Assembly: GCA_038227875.1 (NCBI GenBank)
Contig: JBBRPR010000014.1
Coordinates: 96,001 to 160,000 of the forward strand
DNA from: Planctomycetota bacterium
GTDB lineage: Bacteria > Planctomycetota > SZUA-567 > H5-PLA8
DNA length: 64,000 nucleotides
Reading direction: 5' to 3'
Part shown: one piece after another, positions 19,117 to 28,967 of the stretch
Position numbering within the stretch: the stretch's first letter is position 1
How the letters are laid out: every line of letters begins with the position of its first letter
The notes under the pieces: generated by a model
The model's input: the letters and a program-made list of their open reading frames with translations, nothing else
What the model was told of the DNA's origin: nothing
Databases searched by the model: none
Made by a program: the position numbers and the translations under genes

Positions 19117-19952
19117 CGCTTCTGTTTCGCGCGATAGCGGAGCGGCGATTCGCCGGTCTCCTGTTTGAAGCGCTTGGAGAAGTGGTACACGTCCCGGTAT
19201 CCCGTCTGGCTCCCGACTTCGCTGACAGGCAACCGCGTGCGCGCAAGCAGGTGTTTCGCGCGTTCCATGCGTGCTTCAGTCAAGGCGGCGACCGGCGAGC
19301 GTCCCATTTCCTTCGAGAACTTCTGGCACAGGTAGCGGGGATGCAGCCCGACCAGCGCGCCCAGGTCGCGCAGTTGAAGCGGCGAATCGCAATGCAGTTG
19401 GATGTACTCCATCACGAATTCGCAGGTCCGTTTGTCGGCGTTGTTGGCCGGCGCGTTCTCGTTGGCCTTCAAATAGCGGACGAGCAGCAGAAAAAATGTT
19501 GAAAGCAGCGCGGCGGCGATTTCGAAGTGGCCGTGTTGAAAGCTGTTGGCTTCGGCGCTCGCCTTGCGAAAGTAGCCGTCGAGCTCCCGGAATTGGGCGG
19601 CGGGCAAAACGTTGAGGTTCGCGAGGAAATTGGGAAAGCGCAGCGTGCGGTTCTTTCTCCCCAGCGTGAATTTAAAGCTGATGCCTTGCATCGGACGTTC
19701 GCGGTCGGCCAGAAAACTGTGGCGGTCGTCCGGATTCGAAATGTAGACGTCGCCGGCTTTGATCCGGTAAGTCCGGCGGTTGATCACAACCTGCCCGCTG
19801 CCCTTATAAAAGTAGTCGATCTGGTAATAATTGTGTACGTGCGGCTGGATCTTGCGCAACGCGGGCCACGACAGATCTTCGCTGAAGATCACGCTGGGAT
19901 TGCGCAAGCATCCGCTAAGCTTTTCCGGCCAGCTTTCCACATTCATTTTCAT
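19113..19952 (-). CDS. AraC family transcriptional regulator
   Basis: PHVHNYYQI cupin; GYRDVYHFSKRFKQETGESPLRYR HTH. Confidence 0.92.
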   Translation of the reverse strand: MKMNVESWPEKLSGCLRNPSVIFSEDLSWPALRKIQPHVHNYYQIDYFYKGSGQVVINRRTYRIKAGDVYISNPDDRHSFLADRERPMQGISFKFTLGRKNRTLRFPNFLANLNVLPAAQFRELDGYFRKASAEANSFQHGHFEIAAALLSTFFLLLVRYLKANENAPANNADKRTCEFVMEYIQLHCDSPLQLRDLGALVGLHPRYLCQKFSKEMGRSPVAALTEARMERAKHLLARTRLPVSEVGSQTGYRDVYHFSKRFKQETGESPLRYRAKQKR

Positions 19953-20056
19953 GCCTGAATAATATACAAAATAATATTCATTACAACTGAATCCGACCCA
20001 TTGTCTGGGGCGCAGTCGTGGGCCATAATATGCCGGTCAGTTTGAACGGAGGTGTC

Positions 20057-20893
20057 ATGAAGCTCATCTACTTCACGAAGTTTCTCAAAGGACTTACCGC
20101 TGAGCAAGTCGGCGCGACTGCAGCGTCGCTCGGGTTTGCGGGCTTGGATCTGGCCATTCGACCGGGCCAGTGTGTCGAAGCCGGTAACGTCGGAGCCGCG
20201 CTGCCGGCGGCGATGAAAATTTGGCGTGATCGCGGACTGTCGGTGCCGCTTGCCACGCTGGAGGGCACGCCGACCGATCCGCACAAGAAGGAGACGGGAA
20301 GCATTTACGCGGCTTGCGCCGAACATGGCATTCCGAACATCAAGCTCGGTTATTGGCTGTGGCGCGAGGGCAAGTGGAGCGGCAAAAATCTTCCCTACTG
20401 GCAGGGCGTGGAGCAGATTCGGTCGGACCTCGAGTCGCTTCAGCGCCTGGGCGAAAAGTACGGCGTGCGCAGTCTCGTTCACACGCACTGCGACAATTAC
20501 TACGGCATGAATGCCTCCTCTGCGCGGCACCTGGTCAACGGCTTCGATCCGCGCTACATCGGAATTTACCTCGACCCCGCGCATCTTTCCGCCGATGGCG
20601 AGACGCTGCCGATGGGCCTCGATATCTGCGGCGAATACCTGCACATGGTTGCCGCAAAGAATGTCCGCTATCAGCTCTCCAATTCGGACGCGCCTGCAAC
20701 GTGGAAACACGATTGGTGCCAGCTCTCCGAGGGTCTCGTCCACTGGCCCAACGCGATCGCGTCGCTGAAAGCTGTCGGCTACGACGGTGCGATCAGCGTG
20801 CACGGCGAATATTCCGGTCCCGAGGTACTTCCAGAGATTCTTGAAAAGGTGAAAACTGACGTCGCATTTTTGAAACCGCTCATTCCCGCGTGA
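20057..20893 (+). CDS. Sugar phosphate isomerase/epimerase (xylose isomerase-like TIM barrel)
   Basis: GGAGG RBS before ATG 20057; GFAGLDLAIRPG, VHTHC, YLDPAH, VAAKN, SVHGEY. Confidence 0.85.
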   Translation: MKLIYFTKFLKGLTAEQVGATAASLGFAGLDLAIRPGQCVEAGNVGAALPAAMKIWRDRGLSVPLATLEGTPTDPHKKETGSIYAACAEHGIPNIKLGYWLWREGKWSGKNLPYWQGVEQIRSDLESLQRLGEKYGVRSLVHTHCDNYYGMNASSARHLVNGFDPRYIGIYLDPAHLSADGETLPMGLDICGEYLHMVAAKNVRYQLSNSDAPATWKHDWCQLSEGLVHWPNAIASLKAVGYDGAISVHGEYSGPEVLPEILEKVKTDVAFLKPLIPA

Positions 20894-20905
20894 AAGGTGT
20901 CGACC

Positions 20906-21667
20906 ATGACAGAAGCTCAGCAAGCCCGCCTCGCCATGCGTAAGGGCGAATGGACCGGACCGACGCAGTTTAAAGTTCCGGGATTCGTGCAGACCAATCT
21001 CGTTGTGCTGCCACAATCCGACGCATACGACTTCCTGGTTTTCTGCCAGCGCAATCCCAAGGCGTGCCCGCTGATCGATGTCACCGACCCCGGCGACCCG
21101 GCGCCGCGCATGACCGCGCCAGAAGCGGATCTGCGCACCGATCTGCCGCAGTACGCCGTCTATCGCAAGGGCGTGCGCGAGAAGAACGTCACGGACATTA
21201 CCGATCTGTGGAAAAAGGACAGCGTTGCGTTCCTGATTGGCTCAAGCCTGACCTTTGACGATGCGTTGGAGAAAGCGGGCGTGCCGAAATCGAAGGACGT
21301 TTGGGTGTTGAACACGACGATCCCGACGAAGCAGGCCGGAAAGTTCAAGGGACCCGTCGTGGTTACGATGCGTTGGATGACGCCCGCTCAGGCCGTCATC
21401 GCCTGCAACCTCACCAACCGTTTCCCGAACAACCACGGCGCGCCGCTGCATCTCGGCGATCCGCGCGAAATCGGCGCCGATCTCGATCATCCGATTGTCG
21501 GAGAGCCCGTGAAAAACATTCCCGCTGGTGTGATGCCGGTGTTCTGGGCCTGCGGTGTGACGCCTCAGCGCGTAGCGCTGGAATCGAAACCCGACTTGAT
21601 GATCACACACGCGCCGGCGCATGCGTTCGTGACCGATTTGCGCGTGGAACAATTCTGCCTTCCTTAG
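20906..21667 (+). CDS. YcsI/UPF0317 putative hydro-lyase (D-glutamate cyclase-like)
   Basis: FCQRNPKACPL, ADLRTDLPQY, HGAPLHLGDP, PVFWACGVTPQ, ITHAP. Confidence 0.88.
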   Translation: MTEAQQARLAMRKGEWTGPTQFKVPGFVQTNLVVLPQSDAYDFLVFCQRNPKACPLIDVTDPGDPAPRMTAPEADLRTDLPQYAVYRKGVREKNVTDITDLWKKDSVAFLIGSSLTFDDALEKAGVPKSKDVWVLNTTIPTKQAGKFKGPVVVTMRWMTPAQAVIACNLTNRFPNNHGAPLHLGDPREIGADLDHPIVGEPVKNIPAGVMPVFWACGVTPQRVALESKPDLMITHAPAHAFVTDLRVEQFCLP

Positions 21668-21691
21668 CCTCAACCTTCCTGGAGAACTGAA

Positions 21692-22738
21692 ATGAAGACG
21701 TTGCGTTTTGGTGTGATCGGATGCGGTTTCATGGGCGGGCTTCATGTACTGAACGCCAAGAGCATCCCTGATGTGAATGTGGTCGCCTACGCTGATGTGC
21801 GGAAAGAATCGGCGGAGCAATTCCTGAAAGAGTACGGCGGCGATTATGCGACGAACGACGCAGATCGTATTTTCGCTGACAAGAACATCGACGCGGTGCT
21901 GATCCAGACCGGCGAGCGCTACCATCCGGCGCTGGGCATTTCGGCGGCGAAGGCTGGCAAGCACACGTTTATGGAGAAACCGGTCGCGGTCACAGTAGAA
22001 GACGCCCTGGCGCTCGAACGCGAAGTGCGCAAATCCAAGGTGAAGTACCTCGTCGGGTTGTGCAATCGGCTCGCGCCAGCAGTGAAACGCGCCAAGGAAC
22101 TGCTCCCGCGACCGTGGATAACGTACGGGCAGTGCTCCGACACGGTCTCCGCGCAGGCTTGCCACAATCTCGATTTGATCGTTCACCTTTTCCACACCGC
22201 GCCGCTGGTCAGCATCTACGCGGCAGGCGGATCGTACTATGAACTCGATAAGCATCTGCCCGCCGATAGTTTCATTGCGACGCTGCGTTTCGCCGACGGT
22301 TCGCAGGCCTGTTACATTCAGCACGGAAAGGCCTACAACGCGCTGATGACGAAGTACTCGTTCCAGCTTTTCGGCAAGGACCGCAGTGTCTTCCTGTCGC
22401 GGCGCTTCAAGGAATGTCATCTCAGCACCAATCTGAAAGCGCCTGATTTCTCGACTGTGTTTGCGGGCCCGGATTTCACGCCGACGAATTCCGCCGAGCA
22501 CCACAAGGACGTACGCGGTCCGCACGGCTACATGGGTCACTACGATGAACTCGTCGCGCTCTGCGATGCCATCCGCAACGACACCGAGCCGCCGATGACC
22601 ATCGAACACGGCCGCCATGTGCTGCAGGTGGAGAAAGCGATCTTCGAATCAATCACGACGGGAGCGCTGGTGGACTATCCGAAGTTTTTAGCGCGCTGGG
22701 ATTCGAAACAGCCGTGCGAAACGGCGAACAAGCAGTAA
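21692..22738 (+). CDS. Gfo/Idh/MocA family oxidoreductase
   Basis: GVIGCGFMG, AGKHTFMEKP. Confidence 0.9.
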   Translation: MKTLRFGVIGCGFMGGLHVLNAKSIPDVNVVAYADVRKESAEQFLKEYGGDYATNDADRIFADKNIDAVLIQTGERYHPALGISAAKAGKHTFMEKPVAVTVEDALALEREVRKSKVKYLVGLCNRLAPAVKRAKELLPRPWITYGQCSDTVSAQACHNLDLIVHLFHTAPLVSIYAAGGSYYELDKHLPADSFIATLRFADGSQACYIQHGKAYNALMTKYSFQLFGKDRSVFLSRRFKECHLSTNLKAPDFSTVFAGPDFTPTNSAEHHKDVRGPHGYMGHYDELVALCDAIRNDTEPPMTIEHGRHVLQVEKAIFESITTGALVDYPKFLARWDSKQPCETANKQ

Positions 22739-22763
22739 GCAGAGCCATTGGACGCAAGACCAC

Positions 22764-22804
22764 GCTGAGGCGGCCGCTGTAGGGCCGCCTCAGCTATTTT
22801 ATTT
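22764..22804 (+). terminator. Intrinsic terminator between convergent genes
   Basis: GCTGAGGCGGCC/GGCCGCCTCAGC stem followed by TATTTTATTT. Confidence 0.7.
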
Positions 22805-23550
22805 CAGCGCCGAATATCCGTTACCTTTGCAATATTTTCTCCAACTTCCCCACTCACCAGAAACACCGGCCCAAAGTGGTTCGCGACATCGACGCGTGTG
22901 GTCTTTGCGTTGGCGTAGCGCATGGTATATCCGGCGCGGCGGCGCTCGCTGAAATTCGCGTCGCTGCCATGCAGGATGTACGAGTCGTGAATTGAAATCT
23001 CGCCCGCCGCCAACTCCACCGGGACGGCCAGCTTTTCGAGCTCCGGTGAGACTTCGACTTTCAGGTTGAAGACGTCGTCGCCTTTTTCGTAGACGATGGC
23101 CATTTCGGGAAAGCCCTGCTGCGAGGACGGAATGACATTCATGCAGCCGTTGCCCGTGTCGGCGTTGTCGATGGCCAGCCAGACCGTGACGATGTCGGTG
23201 CCTTTCACCGAGGTCCACGTCGGCCGATCCTGATGCCACGCAACCTTCTTGCCTTCGCGCGCCGGTTTGACGATCAGGTGCGACATGATCAGCACGAGAT
23301 CGTTGCCCAGCACAGACCTCACCGCATCGAGCACCTTCGGATGTCGGCAGAGCTCCAGCCAGTACAGGCTTTTTACGTGCGGTTCGGTGAGGTACTCCGG
23401 GCGCACGTCCTTGTTCTCGGCCATGAGCTTGTCGAGCTCGGCGCGCGCATGCGCGATTTCGTCATTCGACAAGGTCTGATCGAAGACGCAGTAACCTTCC
23501 GTACTGAACTGCCTGGGGTTGGTATTGAGCCGGCCGGTCGTGACGTTCAT
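22804..23550 (-). CDS. PhyH family Fe(II)/2OG dioxygenase
   Basis: AAGGAG RBS before ATG 23550; EGY, WHQD, VWLAID..NGCM.VIP.S, LHGSDANFSERRRAG. Confidence 0.9.
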   Translation of the reverse strand: MNVTTGRLNTNPRQFSTEGYCVFDQTLSNDEIAHARAELDKLMAENKDVRPEYLTEPHVKSLYWLELCRHPKVLDAVRSVLGNDLVLIMSHLIVKPAREGKKVAWHQDRPTWTSVKGTDIVTVWLAIDNADTGNGCMNVIPSSQQGFPEMAIVYEKGDDVFNLKVEVSPELEKLAVPVELAAGEISIHDSYILHGSDANFSERRRAGYTMRYANAKTTRVDVANHFGPVFLVSGEVGENIAKVTDIRR

Positions 23551-23638
23551 TTCAGCATTCTCCTTTGAAGGGTGCACCATACTGCACCAGTAAAAGGCTA
23601 AAGCGACGGAATCGGGATTCAATATCTTTCTGGTGGAA

Positions 23639-24670
23639 TTATTTTGAGGTCGATTGACGGATGCGCAGCACAGGCGCGATGGTCGCGCGCTCAGGTGGGC
23701 CCTTCGGATTCGCGACCCGACGACGCAACATGCTCAGGAGTTCCTCGGCCGTCTGCTCAAAGGAATACAGCACCGACGTTGTGGGCACGACCATCTCGTT
23801 GGGATCAACACTGTCGTCGAATCCGGCGACGGCGATGTCTTTCGGCACACGCAGACCCGCTTCAGCCAGCGCGCGCTGTCCGCCCATGGCCATGTAGTCG
23901 TTGAAGTAAAAAATCGCGCGAGGCCGCTGTCCATTCGACAGCAACGCCTTCGTCGCCTCGTAACCTCCCCGATACGAATTGGGACCGATGGGCATCCAGG
24001 CCTTCTGCGGCCTGACTCCGGCGCGCTTAAGTATCTCCAAATATCCCGCGAGGCGCTCGTCCCTCGCGTCGTGGCTGATACCCACATATGCCACCGCCGG
24101 CCCAAAGCGTTCCACGAGATGCCCGACCACCTGGCGCGCGCCGCTAAGCACATCCGCGCAGACAAAATCGCAGTCCGCCTCGCCCGCTCCAAAGGCTGCG
24201 ACGGCAAGGTTCAGTTTGCGAATCGCTGCGGGCATCGAGTTGCCTTGCATGACCAACCCCTGAGCGCCACGCGCTACGAGCGACTTGGCGAACGCCAATG
24301 AAACGCTTCCGTTGTCTTCGGGGGTATGCAGCATCAGCGAGATGCCGTCGCGCGCCGCCGCGCGCTCGATGGCCCGGACGCTTTTCGAGAAGTACGGGTT
24401 TTCCAGTTGGGAGACGCTCAGTCCCACCAGCGTCAGCGCGGCTGTCGGCTTCGTTCGCGAAACGAATGTGCCTTTGCCTTTCACGCGCGTGAGCAGACCT
24501 TCGTTAACGAGCGACGCCACGGCCTTATTGGCGGTCTTGAAGTTGACGCTGTAGCGCTGGGAGAGTTCGCGTTCGCCGGGCACTTTTCCGGTGAAGCGGC
24601 GGGCCTGGATGTCGCGGCGCAGACTTTCCGCGACTTGTTTATAGAGGGGTTCGTCGACCTTGAATTGCAT
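23639..24670 (-). CDS. GntR-HTH/LacI-sensor (AraR-type) transcriptional regulator
   Basis: PLYKQV..PGERELSQRY..GKGTFV winged HTH plus sugar-binding domain (NDYMA, VPKDIAVAGFDD). Confidence 0.9.
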   Translation of the reverse strand: MQFKVDEPLYKQVAESLRRDIQARRFTGKVPGERELSQRYSVNFKTANKAVASLVNEGLLTRVKGKGTFVSRTKPTAALTLVGLSVSQLENPYFSKSVRAIERAAARDGISLMLHTPEDNGSVSLAFAKSLVARGAQGLVMQGNSMPAAIRKLNLAVAAFGAGEADCDFVCADVLSGARQVVGHLVERFGPAVAYVGISHDARDERLAGYLEILKRAGVRPQKAWMPIGPNSYRGGYEATKALLSNGQRPRAIFYFNDYMAMGGQRALAEAGLRVPKDIAVAGFDDSVDPNEMVVPTTSVLYSFEQTAEELLSMLRRRVANPKGPPERATIAPVLRIRQSTSK

Positions 24671-24706
24671 GCCGTCTTGTAGCGCGCCGGCACGCGGCGG
24701 GCAACG

Positions 24707-25819
24707 TCACGCGTCGATTTCGCCGGGCAGCAGACCCAGCGGCAACGGCTTGGGTTTGACGCAGGTCGTCGCCAGTTCGATGTACTTCTTCTGCTCGGAT
24801 GCTTCCAGCAGCGAGGCCATGGCGTCGAGCACGTGGACACTGAGCTCGTCGCTGGCGCGGTGCGGGCGGTTGGAAACGATTGCCTGCGCCATATCGGCCA
24901 GGCCCAGTCCGCGCGAATTCTCTGCGTAGCCGTGCGTCAGCGGAACTTCCGACCAGTCCTTCGCGCCCTCTCGCTTGATGCGCACGGGTCCGCCGAACGT
25001 ATTGGGATCCGGTACGCTCATCGAGCCGGCCGTACCGTAGATTTCAATGCGCGGGAGCTCCGCGGCCCAGACATCGAAGCTCATCATGATCGTCGCGATC
25101 GCGCCGGTCTTGAATTCGAGCGTGCCGGCCACGTGCGTCGGCGTATTGACCTTGATCTTCGTGCCGTACTTCGGCTGGCTGGTGATCGTCCGTTCCGGAA
25201 AAGTCGCCCGCGCGGAACACGAGACGCGCTGAATCGGTCCGATCAGGAAGGCGAGGGCAGTCAGGTAATACGGTCCCATGTCGAAGAGCGGACCGGCCCC
25301 CTGCTGGTAAACGAACGTCGCGTCGGGATGCCAATTTTCGGGACCGTGCGAAGCCATGAACGCCGTAGCGCCGATCGGTTCGCCGATCCAACCGTCGTCG
25401 ATCAATTTTCGGCAGGTCTGCAAACCAGCGCCAAGGAACGTGTCGGGCGCGCAGCCGACGCGGAGGTTTTTGCTTTTCGCAAACTTCACGACTTTCTGCC
25501 CATCGGCGCGGTTGATCGCCAGCGGTTTCTCGCCGTAGACGTGTTTGCCGGCCTCCAGTCCCTGCAGCGAGACTTCGGCGTGCGCTTGCGGAATGGTGAG
25601 GTTCACGAGGATTTCCACGTCGGATGCGGTGAGCAGTTCGGCTACCGAGCAGGCGCGCGGAATCTTGAATTCGGCCGCGCGGGCTTTGGCGCGTTCCAGA
25701 TCGATGTCCGCGCACGCGACGATCTCGAGATTGCGGAATTTCTGCCCCGATTGCAAGTAGACGGCACTGATGTTGCCGCAGCCAATGACTCCAACTTTCG
25801 TCCGGCGTGGTGCGCTCAT
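24707..25819 (-). CDS. Gfo/Idh/MocA family oxidoreductase
   Basis: VGVIGCGNIS, AGKHVYGEKP, GPLFDMGPYY. Confidence 0.92.
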   Translation of the reverse strand: MSAPRRTKVGVIGCGNISAVYLQSGQKFRNLEIVACADIDLERAKARAAEFKIPRACSVAELLTASDVEILVNLTIPQAHAEVSLQGLEAGKHVYGEKPLAINRADGQKVVKFAKSKNLRVGCAPDTFLGAGLQTCRKLIDDGWIGEPIGATAFMASHGPENWHPDATFVYQQGAGPLFDMGPYYLTALAFLIGPIQRVSCSARATFPERTITSQPKYGTKIKVNTPTHVAGTLEFKTGAIATIMMSFDVWAAELPRIEIYGTAGSMSVPDPNTFGGPVRIKREGAKDWSEVPLTHGYAENSRGLGLADMAQAIVSNRPHRASDELSVHVLDAMASLLEASEQKKYIELATTCVKPKPLPLGLLPGEIDA

Positions 25820-25840
25820 GAGCTCTCCAGGATTCGATTG

Positions 25841-26632
25841 TTACCAGGACGGAATGGGCTTCTGCAGGGGATTTTCGATCCACAAGAACTGGCCGTTGAT
25901 TGCTTTGGACTCCTCGCTGATCAGCTTCAGGACCAGGTCCGACGCTTTGTTCGGGTCGTCGCCGCCGGTCTGCTCGACCCACTTCACCCAGTTCATGCAG
26001 CCTTTGCCGTTGTCGCCCTGTTCCTGCGCCATGTCGCGCATGTCGGCCCACATCGCGGTTTTCACTTCGCCGGGATGGATGACATTGGCGGTGACGTTTG
26101 TGTCTTTCAGTTCGGCGGCGAGATGGCGTGTAAAATGATTCAGCGCCACTTTGCTTGTCGCGTACGCGCTGTTCATCGGGCCAGGAACATGAAGCGCCGC
26201 GGCGGAACTGAAATTGATGATGCGGCCCCACTTCTGGTTGATCATTTCGCCTACGAACGCGCGGCAGGTCAGGTACGGGCCGATCGTGTTGACCATGATC
26301 GTCTCGATCCACTCTTTAGGGTCGGTATCTTTGAACATCTGCAGCGGTCCGAACATGCCGGCGGCGTTGACCAGAATATTCGGCGCGCCGACTTCAGCGA
26401 CAATCTTGCCCTGGAGTTTGGCGACCTGATCCACATCCGCGACGTTGGCGCTGAATGGCGTCGAAATACCGCCGGCCTTCTTGATTTGCTCGGCCGTTTC
26501 GATCAGCGCTTTTTCAGTCCGCGCGACCAGCACGACGTGCGCCCCTTGCTTGGCCAGCGCCAGCGCCACGGTCTGTCCCAACCCGCGGCTGGATCCGGTG
26601 ATCAGCGCGATTTTGCCGCTCAGTGTTCCCAT
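25841..26632 (-). CDS. SDR family oxidoreductase
   Basis: TGSSRGLG, VNAAG, YATSK catalytic YxxxK. Confidence 0.92.
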   Translation of the reverse strand: MGTLSGKIALITGSSRGLGQTVALALAKQGAHVVLVARTEKALIETAEQIKKAGGISTPFSANVADVDQVAKLQGKIVAEVGAPNILVNAAGMFGPLQMFKDTDPKEWIETIMVNTIGPYLTCRAFVGEMINQKWGRIINFSSAAALHVPGPMNSAYATSKVALNHFTRHLAAELKDTNVTANVIHPGEVKTAMWADMRDMAQEQGDNGKGCMNWVKWVEQTGGDDPNKASDLVLKLISEESKAINGQFLWIENPLQKPIPSW

Positions 26633-26734
26633 TGTTTTCTGCTCCTCTAAAATCTGGTGAGGTTCAATTATGACGCATCAACCGTTCGGACCCAATAGCC
26701 GCGATGGTCATTCGCATGTGTTATTTGATGTGGC

Positions 26735-27247
26735 TCACGAATGAGACGTTCCCGATTGTCGCTGCTGCCGGAGGTATAAAATCAGATCCGTGATCTCCGG
26801 CGTCTGCCCGAGCTGCCGGAGCAGCGTCGCGACCTGGCCGCGATGATACGTCGAATGATTGGCGACGTGGAGCATCATTCCGCCGAGCTGCTGCGTCGAA
26901 ACTTCGCCCTTCAGGCTCGTGATCGTCTGATCCGCCTGAAGCGATTCCGTTGTCTGCGCGGCGACGAACGCTTGCAGCTCTTTTGCCAGTTCCACCCAGC
27001 GCGTGTGGAGCGAGCCAGGCGTCGGGAAGTCGGCGGAATTCCAGAGTTGCGGCTTGGCGTTGTCCCGCCAGCGCGAGAGCCACAGCCACTGCGCGGAGAT
27101 CGTGTGCACGGCCGTGTCCCGGATGGACGTGTGGCTGCTGCTCAGCGCGCGCGTCCACTGCTCGTCATTCAGGCGCGTGAGCGCCGCGAACATCCGCGTG
27201 TCAGCCCACTGCGTGTAGGCGTACATCAGCTGCACTGTGGAAAGCAT
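26735..27247 (-). CDS. DinB family protein
   Basis: YTQWAD, SIRDTAVH, LHVANHSTYHRGQV..LLRQLG; GAGGAG RBS. Confidence 0.9.
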   Translation of the reverse strand: MLSTVQLMYAYTQWADTRMFAALTRLNDEQWTRALSSSHTSIRDTAVHTISAQWLWLSRWRDNAKPQLWNSADFPTPGSLHTRWVELAKELQAFVAAQTTESLQADQTITSLKGEVSTQQLGGMMLHVANHSTYHRGQVATLLRQLGQTPEITDLILYLRQQRQSGTSHS

Positions 27248-27358
27248 GGTTTCTCCTCATTGCTAATGACGACGTTTTCAGGCGCGGATTTTTTGGCAGT
27301 TTCCAGCGTGCTTGCGCGACTTGTCTTTGTGGAAAACCCCGGAATACTCAGCGCCACT

Positions 27359-28963
27359 ATGTGGAAACCTAAATCCTTACTGGCGGTCCTTATTCTGTCG
27401 CAGGCGTTTACGCTGACAGCCGCGGACGCCGACAAGCCAAAGTTGTTCGCGATGCCGGCCATGCCGCCGTTGGGCGCGAACAAGTGGTCGGCCGCGCCGG
27501 TCGTGGTGCCGCTGACGGTCGCCACCGATGCGGAGCTTCCCAAGACGGTGCCGGCTGCCGAGGCCGTGACGCTCAATGGCGAATTGCCGCTGCTTGATCC
27601 CAAAGGAAAACCGATCGTTGTGCGCCGCGACAAGGACGGCGGCGGCGTCGAGACCGGGCTGGGCATCGATTCCGGCGGACTGAACAATTTCTTCGTCAAG
27701 GTTCCCGCCTCCGACAAGCAGGGTCGCGTGATCACGTTCGATGTGCCGCGCGGCCCCGATCCGGCCACGCAGCGCGCGCGGACCGATCACTATCCGCTCC
27801 GGATTTTCGCCGCCGATGGCAACTGGTTTTATCAGCGATCCGGCGGGCTCAAAGGAACGTTTCTCACGCAGCCGGTCTTCGTGATCGATGCCAATACCAA
27901 CGGCCGTTTTGATGACATCGGCGTGGATCTGATCGTCATTGGCAAGGCCGATCCCGTTCCGCTCAGCGCCACCCTGACGCTCAATAATGTTGCCTATGCA
28001 GTGAAGCTCGACGCTGGCGGCGGCGGTCCGCTGACGTTCACGCCGGTGACCTATCCCGAGCCTCTGGCGAAAGGCATCGCCCATTTGAACGAGTGGCGTG
28101 AGCACCTCGGGCTGCCGCCGGTCAAGCTGCATGACGAGATGTGCCGCTGGGCCTCGAATCACGCGAACTTCCTGATCAAGAACAACGTCATGGGATTGGG
28201 CGAAGATCCGGCCATGCCGGGATACTCCAAGGAAGGGGCGTGGTGTGGCGGGCATTCGTGCGTCGTCGCCGGGCCCGCGGACCTGATCCTGGGCATCGAT
28301 GAGCTCACCGATTCGGTCTTTCATCGCATTCTCCTGCTCTCGCCGTACCTGACCGTCACGGGCATGGCGTGGGCACCGGCTGATCCAAACCAGAACGGCA
28401 GCGTTCCCGAGACCGTGATCGACGTGGGCACTACGGGTGACACGAGCATCGACTGGCTGCAGCCGATTGCCTGTCCGTACGATGGGCAGCTGAATGTAAA
28501 GCCGATGTGGAGCGGCCTGGAAAATCCCGGCCCGATTCAAGGCGCGCCGCCGCCGGGCGGTGTGGGTTTTCCAATCACGCTGACGTTTCCGTCCTACAAG
28601 GCTACCAAGACGTTTTCGTTGCGCGTGGAAGGCGGGCCCGATACCGACATGCCCAAGGACGTCATGAGCGAACTGCATGAGGACGGCAACGCGGCAATGA
28701 TTGAATGCTGGGTCAGCGATCCGCAGCATCCGGCTCAGCCAGCGGTCTTCGGCGACAACCTCGCCTCGGTGACGATTACTCCCAAGGAACCGCTGAAGCC
28801 CGACACCGTTTACAGTGTCACCGTGAATTGTTCTTGGCGCGGGAAGCCATTCAAGAAACAGTGGCGCTTTTCCACCGGCGCCGCAGCCCTGGTGCCTCCG
28901 GTGAAGCCTGACGCACAACCCGTCTACCGGCGCAACGGGCTGCCACCCGTTCCCAATCGTTAG
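27359..28963 (+). CDS. Secreted CAP/SCP-like domain protein (paralog of 453-1835)
   Basis: ATG 27359 gives signal peptide MWKPKSLLAVLILSQAFTLTA; DANTNG loop; LNEWREHLGLPPV; VFHRILLL; PLKPDTVY..WRFST. Confidence 0.7.
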   Translation: MWKPKSLLAVLILSQAFTLTAADADKPKLFAMPAMPPLGANKWSAAPVVVPLTVATDAELPKTVPAAEAVTLNGELPLLDPKGKPIVVRRDKDGGGVETGLGIDSGGLNNFFVKVPASDKQGRVITFDVPRGPDPATQRARTDHYPLRIFAADGNWFYQRSGGLKGTFLTQPVFVIDANTNGRFDDIGVDLIVIGKADPVPLSATLTLNNVAYAVKLDAGGGGPLTFTPVTYPEPLAKGIAHLNEWREHLGLPPVKLHDEMCRWASNHANFLIKNNVMGLGEDPAMPGYSKEGAWCGGHSCVVAGPADLILGIDELTDSVFHRILLLSPYLTVTGMAWAPADPNQNGSVPETVIDVGTTGDTSIDWLQPIACPYDGQLNVKPMWSGLENPGPIQGAPPPGGVGFPITLTFPSYKATKTFSLRVEGGPDTDMPKDVMSELHEDGNAAMIECWVSDPQHPAQPAVFGDNLASVTITPKEPLKPDTVYSVTVNCSWRGKPFKKQWRFSTGAAALVPPVKPDAQPVYRRNGLPPVPNR

Positions 28964-28967
28964 GGCG

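Noticed and set aside
26843..27358. N-terminal extensions of ORF-track calls (also 14017-14262, 15662-15991, 37820-38209, 60928-61398)
   Set aside because: They overlap other real genes or lack motifs; downstream starts give signal peptides, RBSs or family N-termini.
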